The notes under the pieces: model-generated
Databases searched by the model: none
What the model was told of the DNA's origin: nothing
Seen by the model: the letters and a program-made list of their open reading frames with translations, nothing else
Shown here: piece by piece, positions 21,608 to 34,936 of the stretch
Position numbering within the stretch: the first letter of the stretch is position 1
Layout: the number at the start of each line of letters is the position of its first letter
Program-made: the position numbers and the translations under genes
From: an uncultured Gemmatimonadales bacterium
GTDB taxonomy: Bacteria; Gemmatimonadota; Gemmatimonadetes; Gemmatimonadales; GWC2-71-9
Length of the DNA: 64,000 bases
Assembly (NCBI GenBank): GCA_963748815.1
Contig: CAVVKJ010000010.1
Coordinates: 512,001-576,000 of the forward strand
Direction: 5' to 3'

Positions 21608-22204
21608 GTAGGTCCTCCGTGGCGCGACAGCCAGGCCGCCACATATTTGCCGATCGTGTCGCCCTCGAGATGCACCCGATCGCCGACCTGGCGATCGTCG
21701 AGGGTCGTGTGCTGCAAGGTAAATGGAATCAACGACACCTGGATGACGTTCCGGGCGCGCAGTCGCGTTGACCGTCAGGCTCACGCCGTCCACCGTGATG
21801 GACCCGAGGGGAATCGACGCCCTGGCCACCGCCGCCGGCACGGCGATATCCAGCAGCAGCGCATCCGCCTTCCGGGCAATCCGCCGCACCGTCCCCACGC
21901 CGTCCACGTGTCCCTGCACCAGGTGACCGCCCAGCCGGTCGCCGGCCCGGAGCGCCCGCTCCAGGTTCACGCGTCGCCCGGCGCGGTAGTCCCCGAAGGC
22001 GGTGCGCTCCAGGCTCGTGGCGACGACGTGCACCGCGAACGCACCCTTCGACCGCTCCGCGACCGTCAGGCAGGCGCCGTCCACGGCGATGCTTTCGCCC
22101 AGGCGCAGTCCCTGCCACGGCACCCCGATCAGCAGCGTCCGCCCGCCGTCAGCGGCGCGCGCCGACTTGACGATCCCGACGGCGGTGACCAGGCCGGTGA
22201 ACAT
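21604..22204 (-). CDS. ribE: Riboflavin synthase (frameshift near 21760)
   Basis: [37 protein letters not shown]; after the shift [23 protein letters not shown]. Confidence 0.93.
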
Positions 22205-23280
22205 CAGCCGCGGTCCACCACGAGGAGGGTGTCCGCGCCGAGCGCACGCCGTTCGACCACCTCCCAGCGGTCGGCCCCGGCCAGCTCCGTTCCGGGCAGG
22301 CCGGCCACCGCGGGGACGGCCCCCTCCCCGAGCCAGATCGGGCTCTGGATCCAGTAGAACCGGTCCACCAATCCCTCCCGGAGCAATGCGCCCGCCAGTT
22401 GTCCCCCTCCCTCGACGAGCAGAGAGGTGACGCCGAGGCGGCGGAGTTCGGCCATGCCGTGCTGCAGCCCGGTCGTGCGAAGGAGCCGCGCCCCCGTGGC
22501 CTCGATCGCTTCCGCTCGCTCGCTCGAGAGCAGCGGACCCGCGATGACGCACGTCGGCCGCGAGCGCGCCGTCCGGAGTACCTCCAGGGTCGTGGGCAAA
22601 TTCCCGGTCTGGTCCAGCACGACCCGGAGCGGCGCGACCCTCGGCTCGACGGCCCCGCGGACCGTCAATGACGGATCATCGACACGCGCCGTCGCCCCGC
22701 CCACGCCGATCGCGTCCATCCCCGCGCGCAGCCAATGCACGAAATCCCGTGCCGGCTCACCGGAAATCCATCGCGACCGCCCGAATTGGTCGGCGATTCG
22801 GCCATCGAGCGAGGTCGCCAGCTTCAGCGCCACCCAGGGGCGCTCGGGACCCCGCCAGCGAGCCAGGAAGGCGGCGTTCTGCGCCGCCGCCTCGGCCCGG
22901 CGGACGCCCCCCTCCACCGCGATGCCCGCCGCCCGGAGCATCTCCGCGCCGCCGCCGGCCACGGGGTCGGGGTCTTCCAGCGCATAGACGACGCGCGCGA
23001 TGCCGGCGGACACGATCGCGTCGGTACACGGGGGCTGCTTCCCCTGGTGCTTGCACGGCTCCAGCGACACCACGAGGGTGCCGCCCCGGGCGCGCTCGCC
23101 CGCGGCGTCGAGCGCCACCCGTTCCGCGTGCGGGCCGCCGAACTCGGCGTGCCACCCCTCGGCCACGACGGCGCCCTGCGGATCCAGGAGCACCGCCCCG
23201 ACGAGCGGATTGGGGTGCACCCGCCCCCACCCTCGCCAGGCGAGCTCGATGGCCCGGTCCATCGCAGCGGCTTCAGTCAC
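22204..23280 (-). CDS. ribD: Riboflavin biosynthesis deaminase/reductase RibD
   Basis: [39 protein letters not shown]. Confidence 0.95.
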   Translation of the reverse strand: MTEAAAMDRAIELAWRGWGRVHPNPLVGAVLLDPQGAVVAEGWHAEFGGPHAERVALDAAGERARGGTLVVSLEPCKHQGKQPPCTDAIVSAGIARVVYALEDPDPVAGGGAEMLRAAGIAVEGGVRRAEAAAQNAAFLARWRGPERPWVALKLATSLDGRIADQFGRSRWISGEPARDFVHWLRAGMDAIGVGGATARVDDPSLTVRGAVEPRVAPLRVVLDQTGNLPTTLEVLRTARSRPTCVIAGPLLSSERAEAIEATGARLLRTTGLQHGMAELRRLGVTSLLVEGGGQLAGALLREGLVDRFYWIQSPIWLGEGAVPAVAGLPGTELAGADRWEVVERRALGADTLLVVDRG

Positions 23281-23299
23281 GGCGGGTGGGACATCCCGG

Positions 23300-24347
23300 C
23301 TAGCTGGCGAACCGGACGCCCTGGGCACCGGCCTCGACGTGGCCCATCACCCAGGTCCTCACGCCATCCGCCGACGCCGCGGCCTGCGCCGCCGCGACCG
23401 CATCCTGCGGCAACACGGCAATCAGACCCGCCCCGAGGTTGAAGACGTCGCGCATCTCGTCGGTGGAGACCTTGCCGGCCGCCTGCATCAGGCGGAAGAG
23501 CGGCCGGCCACTCCCAGCTCCCGCTGTCCACCACCGCCGTGCACCCCCCGGGCAGCACCCGGATGAGGTTGCCTGCGAATGCCGCCACCGGTGATGTGGG
23601 CGAGCGCGTGCATCCGGTCGAACACCGGCGTGACCGCCCGCGCGTAGCTGCGGTGCACGGCGAGAAGCGCGTCCGCGACCGTCTGTCCGAGGCCGGGCCA
23701 GCGTCGTCGTGGATGCCGAGCCCGAGGTCCTGCGCGGCGATCTTGCGCGCGCGAGGGTGTAGCCGTTGGTGTGGAGCCCCGTCGACTCGTAGCCGAGGAG
23801 CACGTCGCCCGGCACGACGGCATCGCCGTGCAGCGCCTCGTCCTCCTCGACGACGCCGACGATGGTGCCGGCCAGGTCGAAGTGTCCGTGCGCGTAAAGC
23901 CCGGGCATCTGCGCCGTTTCGCCGCCGGCGAGCGTCCATCCCGTGGGCCCGGCAGCCGCGGGCCACCCCCTCGACGATGTCGGCGAGCATCTCGATGCCG
24001 AGCGCCGGCGCCGGCGATGTAGTCCATGAACGCGAGCGGCCGCGCCCCGTGGACCAGGATGTCGTTGACGCTGTGGTTGACGAGGTCACTCGCCGACGGT
24101 GTCGAAGCGCCCCGCCTGCTGCGCGACCAGCACCTTGGTGCCGACGCCGTCGGTGCTCATGACCAGCGTCGGGGTCCGCATGCCGGCGTGGCACCCGCAC
24201 CATGCCGCCGAAGGCGCCGACCCGGCCGACCGTGAGCGGCGTGCGGGTGCCGGCCACCAGGCGGCCGATCCGCTCCTTGGCGGTCTCCGCATCCGCGAGA
24301 TCGACGCCCGCGGCGGCGTACTGGCGTGGCTCGGCGGGGCGCGTCAC
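23300..24347 (-). CDS. purM: Phosphoribosylformylglycinamidine cyclo-ligase (multiple frameshifts)
   Basis: Fragments across frames: [66 protein letters not shown]. Confidence 0.9.
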
Positions 24348-25271
24348 GGGACCCGTTCCGCCTGCGGCGACGTGCGTCAGGTCGTGGAAGGCGCGGACGC
24401 GCTTCTCGACGTCCACCGTCGTCACGTCGTCGAAGCCCTTGATGTCCGAACTGGGACACCGCGAACGATCCCATCGCCGCGCCGTACACCATCGCGCGGC
24501 GCAGGTGCTCGCTGTCGGTCTGGCCGGCCCGCGCCAGATACCCCATGAAGCCGCCCGCGAATGCGTCGCCGGCGCCGGTCGGGTCGAACACTTCCTCCAG
24601 CGGATAGGCGGGCACGTAGAAGGTGCGGCCGGGCTCGATGAGCAGCGCGCCGAACTCGCCCTGCTTGATGACGACGCGCTTCGGGCCGTGCGTCGAGGAT
24701 CCAGCGCCCCGCGCGGTGGATGTTCCAGTCGCCCGACAGCTCGCGCGCCTCGCCGTCGTTGACCATCAGGATGTCCACCCGCTTGAGCAGCTTCATCAGT
24801 GTCCGGCTTCGTGCTCTGGATCCAGTAGTTCATGGTGTCGCAGACCACGAGCGCCGGTGACGCCACCTGGTCGAGCACGCCGATCTGCAGCTCCGGGTCG
24901 ATGTTCCCGAGGAAGACGAACTTGGCGGCATGCAGCGCCGCCGGAATCTTGGGCTGAAACGCGGCAAACACGCCGAGCCGCGTCTCGAGCGTCTCCCGGC
25001 TCTGCAGGTCGTAGGAATACTTGCCTCTTCCAGCGGAAGCTCTCGCCCGGCGCGCGCTCCACGCCCGTCCAGTCGATCCCGCGCGACGCCAGCCGGTCGA
25101 GTTCGGCCACCGGGTAGTCGTCGCCGACGACGCCGACGACGTGGACCCGGTGCAGCAGCGCCCCGGCGACGCTGAAGTACACCGCACGAACCACCCAGCG
25201 CGTCGGCGGTCTCGCCGAACGGGGTGATGGATGGAGTCGAGCGCCACGCTGCCAACCACGATCAGGGTCAT
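24344..25271 (-). CDS. PfkB family carbohydrate/nucleoside kinase (multiple frameshifts)
   Basis: MTLIVVGSVALDSI..TPFG..LGGS, FLGNIDPELQ, CDTMNYWI, VNDGEAR, VFDPTGAGDAFAGG. Confidence 0.88.
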
Positions 25272-25275
25272 CGGA

Positions 25276-26919
25276 TTACATCCGGTCGGGGGCCGTGAGG
25301 CCGAGGAGGGTGAGGCCGTTGGCCAGGACAATGCGGGTGGCGCGCGCGAGCGCGAGGCGGGCCCGCTCGACCTCGGGGGGCTCGCCGAGGACGCGGCAGC
25401 TGTGGTACCAGCCGTGGGTCAGCCGGGCGAGTTCCTCGAGATAGCTCGTCACACGGTGCGGTTCCAGTTCCTCGCGCCGCGCGGGCGGTGATTTCGGGGA
25501 AGACCGTGAGCTTCTTGAGCAGCTCCCGGTCTTCAGGCGCAGGCAGCGCGTCCAGCTGGACCTCCGCGCTGACCCCGTCGGGATCGATGTCCGCCACCCG
25601 GAAGATGCCGCTCACCCGGGCGTGCGCCATCTGCACGTAGAAGACCGGGTTCTCGTCGGTCTGGCTGGTGGCGAGATCGAGGTCGAAGTTGAGCTGCGAG
25701 TCGGCCCGCCGCATCAGGAAGAAGTACCGGGCCGCGTCGGGTCCCGTTTCGTCGACGAGGTCGCGGAGGGTGATGAACTCCCCCGAGCGCTTCGACATCT
25801 TCACCTCCTCGCCTCCGCGCAGCACCTTGACCAGCTGCACGATGGACACGTGGAAGAACTCGTCCGGATACCCGAGCGGCGCGCATCGCGGCCCGGCACC
25901 CGCGGGACGTACCCGTGGTGGTCGGCGCCCCAGACGTCGATGACCCGGTCGAAGCCGCGGTCGTGCTTGTCGACGTGATACGCGATATCCGGCAGGAAGT
26001 AGGTGTAGGAGCCGTCGCTCTTCCGGAGCACCCGGTCCTGGTCGTCGCCGAAGATCGGTGGTCCGCAGCCAGAGGGCGCCGTCGCGCTCGAAGGTGAGGC
26101 CGCGCGCATGGAGCAGCGCCAGCGTCTCGCCGATGGCGCCCCGGTCGTAGATGGCCTGCTCGGACGAGATCACGTCGAACCGGACGCCGAAGGTCGCGAG
26201 GTCCGCATCCTGGGTGGCCCGCTGCATCTGCACCGCGAGCGACACGGCACCGCCGCACCCCTTCCTCCTCCGGCAGGTCGGCAAAGTCCCGGCCCTCCCG
26301 CTCGAGGAGCCGCGCGGCGTCGCCGCGCAGGTACTCGCCGTGGTATCCCCCCTCGGGAATCTCGGCGGAGCGGCCGACCGCCTCCTGCACCCGCGCCCAG
26401 AGGCTCTGGGCCAGCCGGTCGATCTGGACGCCGGCGTCGTTCAGGTAGAACTCGCGGGTGACCTCGTGCCCGCTCCACTCGAGGAGCGAGGCGATCCGCG
26501 TCGCCCAGGGCCCCGCCCCGGCCGTGCCCCACGTGCAGCGGACCGGTGGGATTGACCGAGACGAACTCGACATTCACCCGACGGCCCTTGCCGAACGCAT
26601 GCGAACCGTACCGGGCGCCCGCGTCGATGATGTCACGAAGGGAGGCCGCAAGTTCGTCGGTCGCCAGCCAGAAATTGATGAAGCCTGGACCGGCGATTTC
26701 GGTCTTCTCGACGATGCCCGCCGGGAGCTCCAGCGCCTCCAGGATGCGCGCCGCCACGGCACGCGGCGGCGCCTTCAGCACCCGGGCCAGCACCATGGCG
26801 AGGTTCGTGGCCACGTCACCATGGCCGGCGTCTTTGGGCCGCTCCATCACGAACTCGGCGTCGGCGGCGCCCAATTCCGCTGCCACGCGCGCCAGCGCCT
26901 CCCGGAGCAGGTCGCTCAC
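25276..26919 (-). CDS. argS: Arginine--tRNA ligase (multiple frameshifts)
   Basis: [89 protein letters not shown]. Confidence 0.95.
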
Positions 26920-27263
26920 TCGGCCGCCTTCTTCGGAGTCCCGCCCGACTTGGGTGCCGTGGCCTTCTCGGGCTTCGAGGCCGCTTGGGCGGGCTTGGCG
27001 CTGTCAGCCGAGCTTGCGGAGTCGGGCTTGGCCGCGACGGACGCGCCACTCTCGCCGGCCTCCGGCTTGCGGGCGCCCTTCCCGTCCTTGCCGTAGTCGG
27101 TGATGTAGAATCCACTCCCCTTGAACACCAGGCCGGCCCCGCCTGAGATCTGGCGAGCCGCCGGCTTGCCACAGGTCGGGCACTTCACCCGTGGCGATTC
27201 CGACATCTTGTGGATCTTCTCGAAATGGTGCCCAGCAGAGCACTGATAGTCGTACGTCGGCAT
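26916..27263 (-). CDS. FmdB family zinc-ribbon protein
   Basis: MPTYDYQCSAGHHFE...CPTCG...GLVFKGSGFYITDY plus low-complexity A/K/S tail. Confidence 0.9.
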   Translation of the reverse strand: MPTYDYQCSAGHHFEKIHKMSESPRVKCPTCGKPAARQISGGAGLVFKGSGFYITDYGKDGKGARKPEAGESGASVAAKPDSASSADSAKPAQAASKPEKATAPKSGGTPKKAAE

Positions 27264-27298
27264 GCCGCTCCATCCGGTCTAAGTAAAGCTAGCCGATA

Positions 27299-27327
27299 AA
27301 CTTAGCCCCTGAGGGAGCAGGGTTCAA
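27299..27327 (-). promoter_or_regulatory. Putative sigma70 promoter for the FmdB-argS-rib run
   Basis: Minus strand TTGAAC-N17-TAAGTT in an AT-richer intergenic gap. Confidence 0.55.
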
Positions 27328-27334
27328 GGAAGGC

Positions 27335-28887
<1,553 letters not shown>

Positions 28888-28891
<4 letters not shown>

Positions 28892-29912
28892 GGCGCGTCG
28901 GCCCCAAACTCCTGCATGGTGCGCGTGACGAAGTCGACGTCGGCCTTCGAGCCGATGGCAAGCGGCACGCGCTGGTGCAGCGACTCCGGCTGCAGGTCGA
29001 GGATGCGGCGGAGGCCGTCGGTGGCCGCGCCGCCCGCCTGCTCCACGAGGAACGCCATCGGGCTGCACTCGTACAGCAGCCGCAGCTTGCCGTTCGGGTT
29101 CTTGGTGTCGGCGGGATAGAGGAAGATGCCGCCGTTGATCAGGTTGCGATGGAAATCCGCCACGAACGCGCCGATGTAGCGGCTGTTCTTCCCCTGCATC
29201 CGCTCGGGAGTGTCGCCGTGGAACCCGCGGACCGCCATCTGGCTGCCGCGATTCCAGCGCGCGTAGTTCGACTCGTTGACGCTGTAGTACTTCCCGACCT
29301 CCGGCGTCCGGATGTCGAGGATGCGACAGGAGAAACTCGCCGATGGTCGGGATCGAGCGTGAACCCGTGCACCCCTTGCCCCGTGGTGTAGACCAGCATG
29401 GTGCTCGAGCCGTAGAGCACGTAGCCGGCGGCGACCTGCCGGTGCCCCGGCTGCAGCACATCGTCCATCGTGCCCCGCCCCTCCATCGAGACCCGCCGGT
29501 AGACGCTGAAGATGGTCCCGACCGAGGCGTTGGAGTCGATGTTCGAGGACCCGTCGAGCGGGTCGAAGAGGACGACGTACTTCCCGGCGGGGTATTCGGG
29601 TGGAATCGGGATCGGGGCGTCGTCCTCCTCCGAGGCCATGACGCAGACCCGCCCGGTATGGTTCAGCGCGTTCTTCAGGATCTCGTTGGCGAAGACGTCG
29701 AGCTTCTGCTGCTCCTCGCCCTGGACGTTGACGCTGCCCATGGCCCCGAGCACGTTCACCAGCCCCGCCCGCCGCGTGGCGGCGGCAATGAGCTTGGCGC
29801 CCAGCGCGATGTCATAGAGCAGGTTCGACAGTTCCCCGGTGGCCTCCGGGTACTTGTGTTCCTGGTCGATGATGAATCGTTCGATGGTCGTGACCGCGGT
29901 GGTTCCGATCAT
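28888..29912 (-). CDS. fbp: Class 1 fructose-1,6-bisphosphatase (two frameshifts near 29320-29350)
   Basis: [47 protein letters not shown]. Confidence 0.95.
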
Positions 29913-32169
29913 GGCTCACTCACTGTGCGCGTGACCACTCCCCGGCGGGAGTGGATGGTCATGGCCCGGCCGTCCGTGCGAACCTCGATGCTGCCGTCCT
30001 GATCCGTGCGAAATACCTCGACCGCCGCGGCCGCCAACCGGGCCATCGCCTCCGGCGCCGGGTGCCCGTAACGGTTGCCCTCCCCGACGCTGATGACCGC
30101 TATGCTCGGGCGCAACTCGCGAAGCCACGCTGCCCCGGTCGCCCCACGGCTCCCGTGGTGCCCCACCTTGAGCAGATCCGCCCGCCCCACCTGCCCCGCC
30201 AGGACCGCCTCCGCGGGGAGGCCGGCGTCGCCCGCAAGGACGGCGCGAAACCCACGATACTCGACCAGCAGGACGAGCGAATTCTCGTTCAGGTCCTGCC
30301 CCCAGCCGTCCCAGGTGGTGTCCGGATGCAGGACCTGGAATCGCACGCTGTCGAGGACAAACGCGTCCCCGCGCCTCGCCCGCATCCACGGCTCGTCCAG
30401 CTCGTCGAGCTGGGCCAGGAAGCCGGCGTAGAGGGGCTCGGCGCTCGCGACCGCGGGATCGACCACCTCCTGCACCGGAACCCGGTCCAGTACAGACGGG
30501 AGTCCCCCGAGGTGGTCGGCATGAGCGTGCGAGAGAATTAGTGCGTCCAGCCGGCTGACCCCGTGGCGGCGAAGGAACGGCACGACCACGCTGCGACCTG
30601 CGTCGGACGAGCGGCTGAGCGGCCCACCGTCCACCAGGATCCAGTGCCCTCCCGGGGTCCGGATGGCGGCGGCGTCTCCCTGCCCAACATCGAGAAAATG
30701 TAACGCCAGTTCCGACCCCTCGTCAGGGCGAATGCCGAAGCCCGACAGGGTGGCGAGGCCCAACCACCCCCAGACGACGCCCGTCGCCACCCACGCAAGT
30801 CGACGGGCCGCCTCGAGGCGGGTGGTTCGGTGCACACTCCAGAGCAGCACACCGAGGATGGCGAGCCAGGGCAGCGCGGCCGTCGGGGAGGCGGGAATCA
30901 CGATGTGCCCCCCGGGGAGGGCGTTGCCCCAGCGTGCCACTTCCTGCAGCAGCCCCAGCCCGACCCCGGCCCCGGCGGCCATCGGTGACGCCACCGCGGG
31001 GAGCGCCGAACCGACGACCAGGCTCGCCACGACGGCAGGAACAACCAGCGCCGCCAGCGGAATCGCCACGAGGTTCAGGCCGATTCCAGCCAGGGCGACC
31101 GTCCCGAGGGCCGCCGCGGTGATGGGGGCCGTGGCGAACGTCGCCCCGACCGATGTCGCGATGGTGCGGATCACCGCCCCGCTGCCTAACCGCCTCCCGG
31201 CCCAGCCGGAGAAGGTGACCGCACCCCAGAGCGCGGCAATGGAAAGCCACCCCCCGACCGCAAGCACCGCCCAGGGATCACAGACGAGGACCAGGAGCGC
31301 CGTCGTTCCGAGGAGCGCGCCCGACCGCGGCATCCGCTGCCGACTCCGCTCCAGCGCCAGGAGAACCGCGAGGGTGGCGGCGCGGGCCGCGGGCGCGGGC
31401 CAGCCGAGGAAGAGCGCATAGGTAACCGCAAAGAGCGCTGCGGCGAATCCGGCGCGTTCGCGCCGCACACCGGCCAGGCGCAGGAGCAGGAACACCCACC
31501 CGGCCACCAGGCCCAGATGAAAGCCGCTGATGGCCAGCAGGTGCATCAGCCCCGCGCCGGCGAAGTGCTCGAGCAGCTCCCGGTCGAGATCGGCCCGGCG
31601 GCCGAGGACCAGCGCGTCCACCAGCGGGGCGCGCCGGCCATAGAGCCGGCGTGCCGTCTGGTGGATCGTCGTCCGCACCCGGCTGGCGACGGTTGCGCGG
31701 AGGGTCGCCTGGCGCACCTCGCTGACCAGCAGGATGCCGCCTGGGCGACCGAAATGACCGTCGCGTTGCCGCCAGCGACCGGCGATTTCGAAACTCCGTC
31801 CCGGCCTCCGCCTGGGTCGTCCTGGGCCACGCCACCGTGATCTCGCCCCGGCAGCCTGCATCCGGCAGGGTCGCTGCGGTTCGCGCCCCGCCCGAATCGA
31901 CCGGCTCCGCCGCACGGAGGGAGAGCGAGACCGGGCCGGGGGGCAGCACGGCCGCGCAACTTGCCCGGTCCGCTCCGCGCGCGACGACCCCGGCGACGAA
32001 GCCCAGCGCGATCACCACGCCGACCAGCTGTCGCGCCGGTGCCCGGCCCCGCAATGAGCAGCGGGAGAAGAACCAGGAGGGCGACGGTGGGGGCCGGAAA
32101 ATGCGCGAGGCCGGTCGCGAGACCGGCCCCGTAGGCAAAGGCAATGATGGCGGAGAGTGGGGGCCTCAT
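29909..32169 (-). CDS. comEC: DNA uptake competence protein ComEC/Rec2 (frameshifts near 32045 and 31795)
   Basis: [15 protein letters not shown] competence domain; MBL domain [39 protein letters not shown]. Confidence 0.93.
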
Positions 32170-32182
32170 GGCCCCGGACGGC

Positions 32183-32467
32183 TCATGCGGGAGGCGGCGC
32201 CGCCCGGCCACAGCGTGGGGTTCTCGTGACCTTCCGGAATCCCTCCATGACGTGAATCTCGATCGTCACCCGCGTCTGGTCCTTGTCGAGGTTGAGCTCG
32301 GTCACGACCTTGCCCTCGACGCTCGCCACGTACCGGGCCGGCAGGCGGTTGAGCGCGTACACGAGCACGTCGCTTCGGCAGACCTCGCATCCGCAGAAGT
32401 CGGGAAAATGACCCTTCAGCTGATCGTAGGCCGCCAGCACGTGCTCTTCAACGAGGTTGTGAATCAT
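32183..32467 (-). CDS. Late competence development ComFB family protein
   Basis: NLVEEHV...CGCEVCRSDVLVYALNRLPARYV...VTRTPRC, ComFB signature. Confidence 0.88.
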   Translation of the reverse strand: MIHNLVEEHVLAAYDQLKGHFPDFCGCEVCRSDVLVYALNRLPARYVASVEGKVVTELNLDKDQTRVTIEIHVMEGFRKVTRTPRCGRAAPPPA

Positions 32468-33792
32468 AGGACCGCCAGTTGGGGGGCGACCACGGCGCCC
32501 GTGAACGTGGATCCCGTGGTGCCCGTGAGCCGCACCATGTGATACTCGCCGATGCTCGTGGCCGGAAGGTCGAGCACCACCAGCGAGTTGGCGCGGGTGC
32601 GCCCGAGCATCTGGCCGCCCCGCCGGGCCGGCCGCTCCACCAGTACTTCGTGCACCTCGCCGACGCGGCCGGCGTTCCGCTGGCGCGTCCCGCCCCGCAC
32701 ATGCGCGATGAGGCGCTGCAGCCGCTCGGCCCCGACCTCCTCGGGGACGTGGCCCGGAATGCGAAGGGCCGGCGTGCCGTCCCGCGGCGAGTAGAGGAAG
32801 GTATACGCCTCGTCGAAGCCCGCCTCGTCCACGAGGGACAGGGTGTCGGCGAGATCGCCCTCCGTCTCCCCGGGGAAGCCGACGATGAGGTCGGTGGAGA
32901 TGGTGAGGCCGGGCATCGCCGAGCGCAATTGGGCCACCACCTCAAGGTAACGCGCCCGGGTGTACCGGCGCAGCATCCGGCGCAGCACGGCGTCGGATCC
33001 GCTCTGCGCCGGCAGGTGCACGTGCTCGCAGACCGCCGGCGTCTCCGCCATGGCCTCGATGACCGCTGGCGTGAAGTCCGTCGGATAGGGGCTGGTGAAG
33101 CGCAACCGGCGCACGCCCTCGACCGCTCCGACCGCCCGCAGGAGGGCGCCGAAGTCATGGGTGCCGTCGTGGTAGCTGTTGACCGTCTGGCCGAGCAGCG
33201 TCACTTCGGTGGTGCCACTGGACGCGAGCTGTGCGACCTCGGCGACCACCTCCGGCAATCTGCGACTGCGCTCGGGGCCGCGCGTGTACGGAACGATGCA
33301 GAAGGTGCACTTGTAATCGCAGCCACGCTGGACCGTCACGAAGGCCATCGGCCCCGCGTCCCGCGACTGCGGCACGTCCTCGTAGTGCTCCCAGGAGCGG
33401 AACTCGGTGTCGAGCACCCGGTCGCCGGCGAGCGCCTGCCGGATCAGGTCGGGGAGGTTGCGATAGGCGTCCGGCCCCGCGACGAGATCGACACGCGGGA
33501 CCTGCGCGAGCAGGTCGGGGCCGAGGCGCTGCGCCATGCATCCCACCACGCCAAGCACGGTCCCCGGCCGGGTGAAGCGCTGGAGTTCGCCGACCCGGCC
33601 CAGCACCCGCTGCTCCGCGTTGTCCCGGACGGCGCAGGTATTGACCAGCAGGACGTCGGCGCCTTCGGGAGTGTCCGTCGCCACGAACCCCTCGCGCCCG
33701 AGGGCGCCGAGGATGAGCGACGAGTCCGCCACGTTCATCTGGCAGCCGTACGTCTCGACGTACACCCGGCGCGGCGCGGAGGGTTGGTCCAC
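32464..33792 (-). CDS. miaB: tRNA-i6A37 methylthiotransferase MiaB
   Basis: ETYGCQMNVADS, NTCAVRDNAE, radical SAM CDYKCTFCIVPYTRG, C-terminal TRAM domain. Confidence 0.96.
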   Translation of the reverse strand: MDQPSAPRRVYVETYGCQMNVADSSLILGALGREGFVATDTPEGADVLLVNTCAVRDNAEQRVLGRVGELQRFTRPGTVLGVVGCMAQRLGPDLLAQVPRVDLVAGPDAYRNLPDLIRQALAGDRVLDTEFRSWEHYEDVPQSRDAGPMAFVTVQRGCDYKCTFCIVPYTRGPERSRRLPEVVAEVAQLASSGTTEVTLLGQTVNSYHDGTHDFGALLRAVGAVEGVRRLRFTSPYPTDFTPAVIEAMAETPAVCEHVHLPAQSGSDAVLRRMLRRYTRARYLEVVAQLRSAMPGLTISTDLIVGFPGETEGDLADTLSLVDEAGFDEAYTFLYSPRDGTPALRIPGHVPEEVGAERLQRLIAHVRGGTRQRNAGRVGEVHEVLVERPARRGGQMLGRTRANSLVVLDLPATSIGEYHMVRLTGTTGSTFTGAVVAPQLAVL

Positions 33793-33793
33793 G

Positions 33794-34936
33794 TCAGGGC
33801 TTGAGCGTGAGCCCGATGGAGAGGACCCAGGCATCCTCGGAGAAGCCCGCGTCGTCCTTTCGCCACAGCCGCTGCAGGGCGAGGTCGGCGGCGGCGTGCC
33901 CCTTGGCGAACCGGGTGCCGGTGCCCGCCGCCACGCTGAACTCGGTGGGCTGCGCGCCCGGCGACGCCGGGAACGGCAGCGTGCGGGAGCGGAGGCCGAG
34001 CCGCAGCGGGAGCTTGCCCGGCTGCAGCGACGACGTGTAGAGCTCCGCGCCAAGGGCGACGTCGAAGGTGTTGTCCGACCCGACGCCGCCGCTGGCCATC
34101 AGGTCGTCGTTGGCGTCCCCCCAGGTCACGTAGGAGGCCTGCGCGTTGAGCGTCCCGCGTCCCTTCAACTGATATTGGGCGCTGCCGCCGAGCGTCCAGG
34201 GAAGCGGATAGGTGTAGGCCTGCAGCGAGTCGCGGTCGACGTTCAGGGTGCCATCCTTCCGGACGAGCAGCGTCAGGAGCAGCGGCTCCGTCGGGTGGTA
34301 GACCGCGCCGAGGCTCATCCCGATGGCGTTGTAGGCGAGCTCCGAGCGCTGGCGCACCGGCGCAAAGAGCGAGTCATCGAAGATGCGACTCAGGAAGAAC
34401 CGGTTGGATCCGGTCAGGAAGTGGAACCCGAACCCGAGCGCCAGCGTCCGGCCGTTGCGGTAGCCGACGGCCAGCCGGAAGTCGGACGTGCCCCCGCGCG
34501 ACTCGAGCGAATCCCGGAATCCGACGGGTTCTCCGTTGACCGGCGTCGAGTCGGTCGTGACGAAGCCGAAGTCCCGGTCGGTGTAGGAGCCGAAGCTCCC
34601 CGAGATGTAGTAGGGCGATTCCTTGACCCGGTTGACGATCGTCATGTACGGCATCCCGGCATCGGATCCGGTGCCCGTCCCGCCCGGTGTAGTGCTGGTC
34701 CGCCAGTTCTGGAACACGTTGAAACCGGCGGTCAGCCCGATGATCGAGGTGATCGCCGCGGGGTTGGTGCCCGACATCCCGTCCAGCATGCTGCCGCTGC
34801 CGGCCATGCCGACCGCCCGCGCGGAGAGCGGCGGCTGGGGAATCCCGAGCGCGCGTACGTCGAACACGGATGATTGCGCGGCGGCACTGCCGGCGGTCCC
34901 CGAGAGCAGCACCAGGCACATCACGAAGCGTCGCAC
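33794..34936 (-). CDS. Outer-membrane beta-barrel protein (FadL/PorV-like)
   Basis: Signal peptide (AAA-QS), ARAVGMAG...NPAA N-terminal motif, alternating beta strands, terminal strand WVLSIGLTLKP. Confidence 0.7.
   Translation of the reverse strand: MRRFVMCLVLLSGTAGSAAAQSSVFDVRALGIPQPPLSARAVGMAGSGSMLDGMSGTNPAAITSIIGLTAGFNVFQNWRTSTTPGGTGTGSDAGMPYMTIVNRVKESPYYISGSFGSYTDRDFGFVTTDSTPVNGEPVGFRDSLESRGGTSDFRLAVGYRNGRTLALGFGFHFLTGSNRFFLSRIFDDSLFAPVRQRSELAYNAIGMSLGAVYHPTEPLLLTLLVRKDGTLNVDRDSLQAYTYPLPWTLGGSAQYQLKGRGTLNAQASYVTWGDANDDLMASGGVGSDNTFDVALGAELYTSSLQPGKLPLRLGLRSRTLPFPASPGAQPTEFSVAAGTGTRFAKGHAAADLALQRLWRKDDAGFSEDAWVLSIGLTLKP

Noticed and set aside
20795..22552. Apparent RibE-RibB fusion with separate RibA
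   Set aside because: Two indels (near 21760 and 20945); correction gives normal ribE and ribBA
23281..23299. FMN riboswitch ahead of the rib genes
   Set aside because: Only 19 bp between purM and ribD; no RFN motif
23300..26919. purM, pfkB and argS as true pseudogenes
   Set aside because: argS is essential, motifs are intact and only indels are seen, so assembly error is more likely
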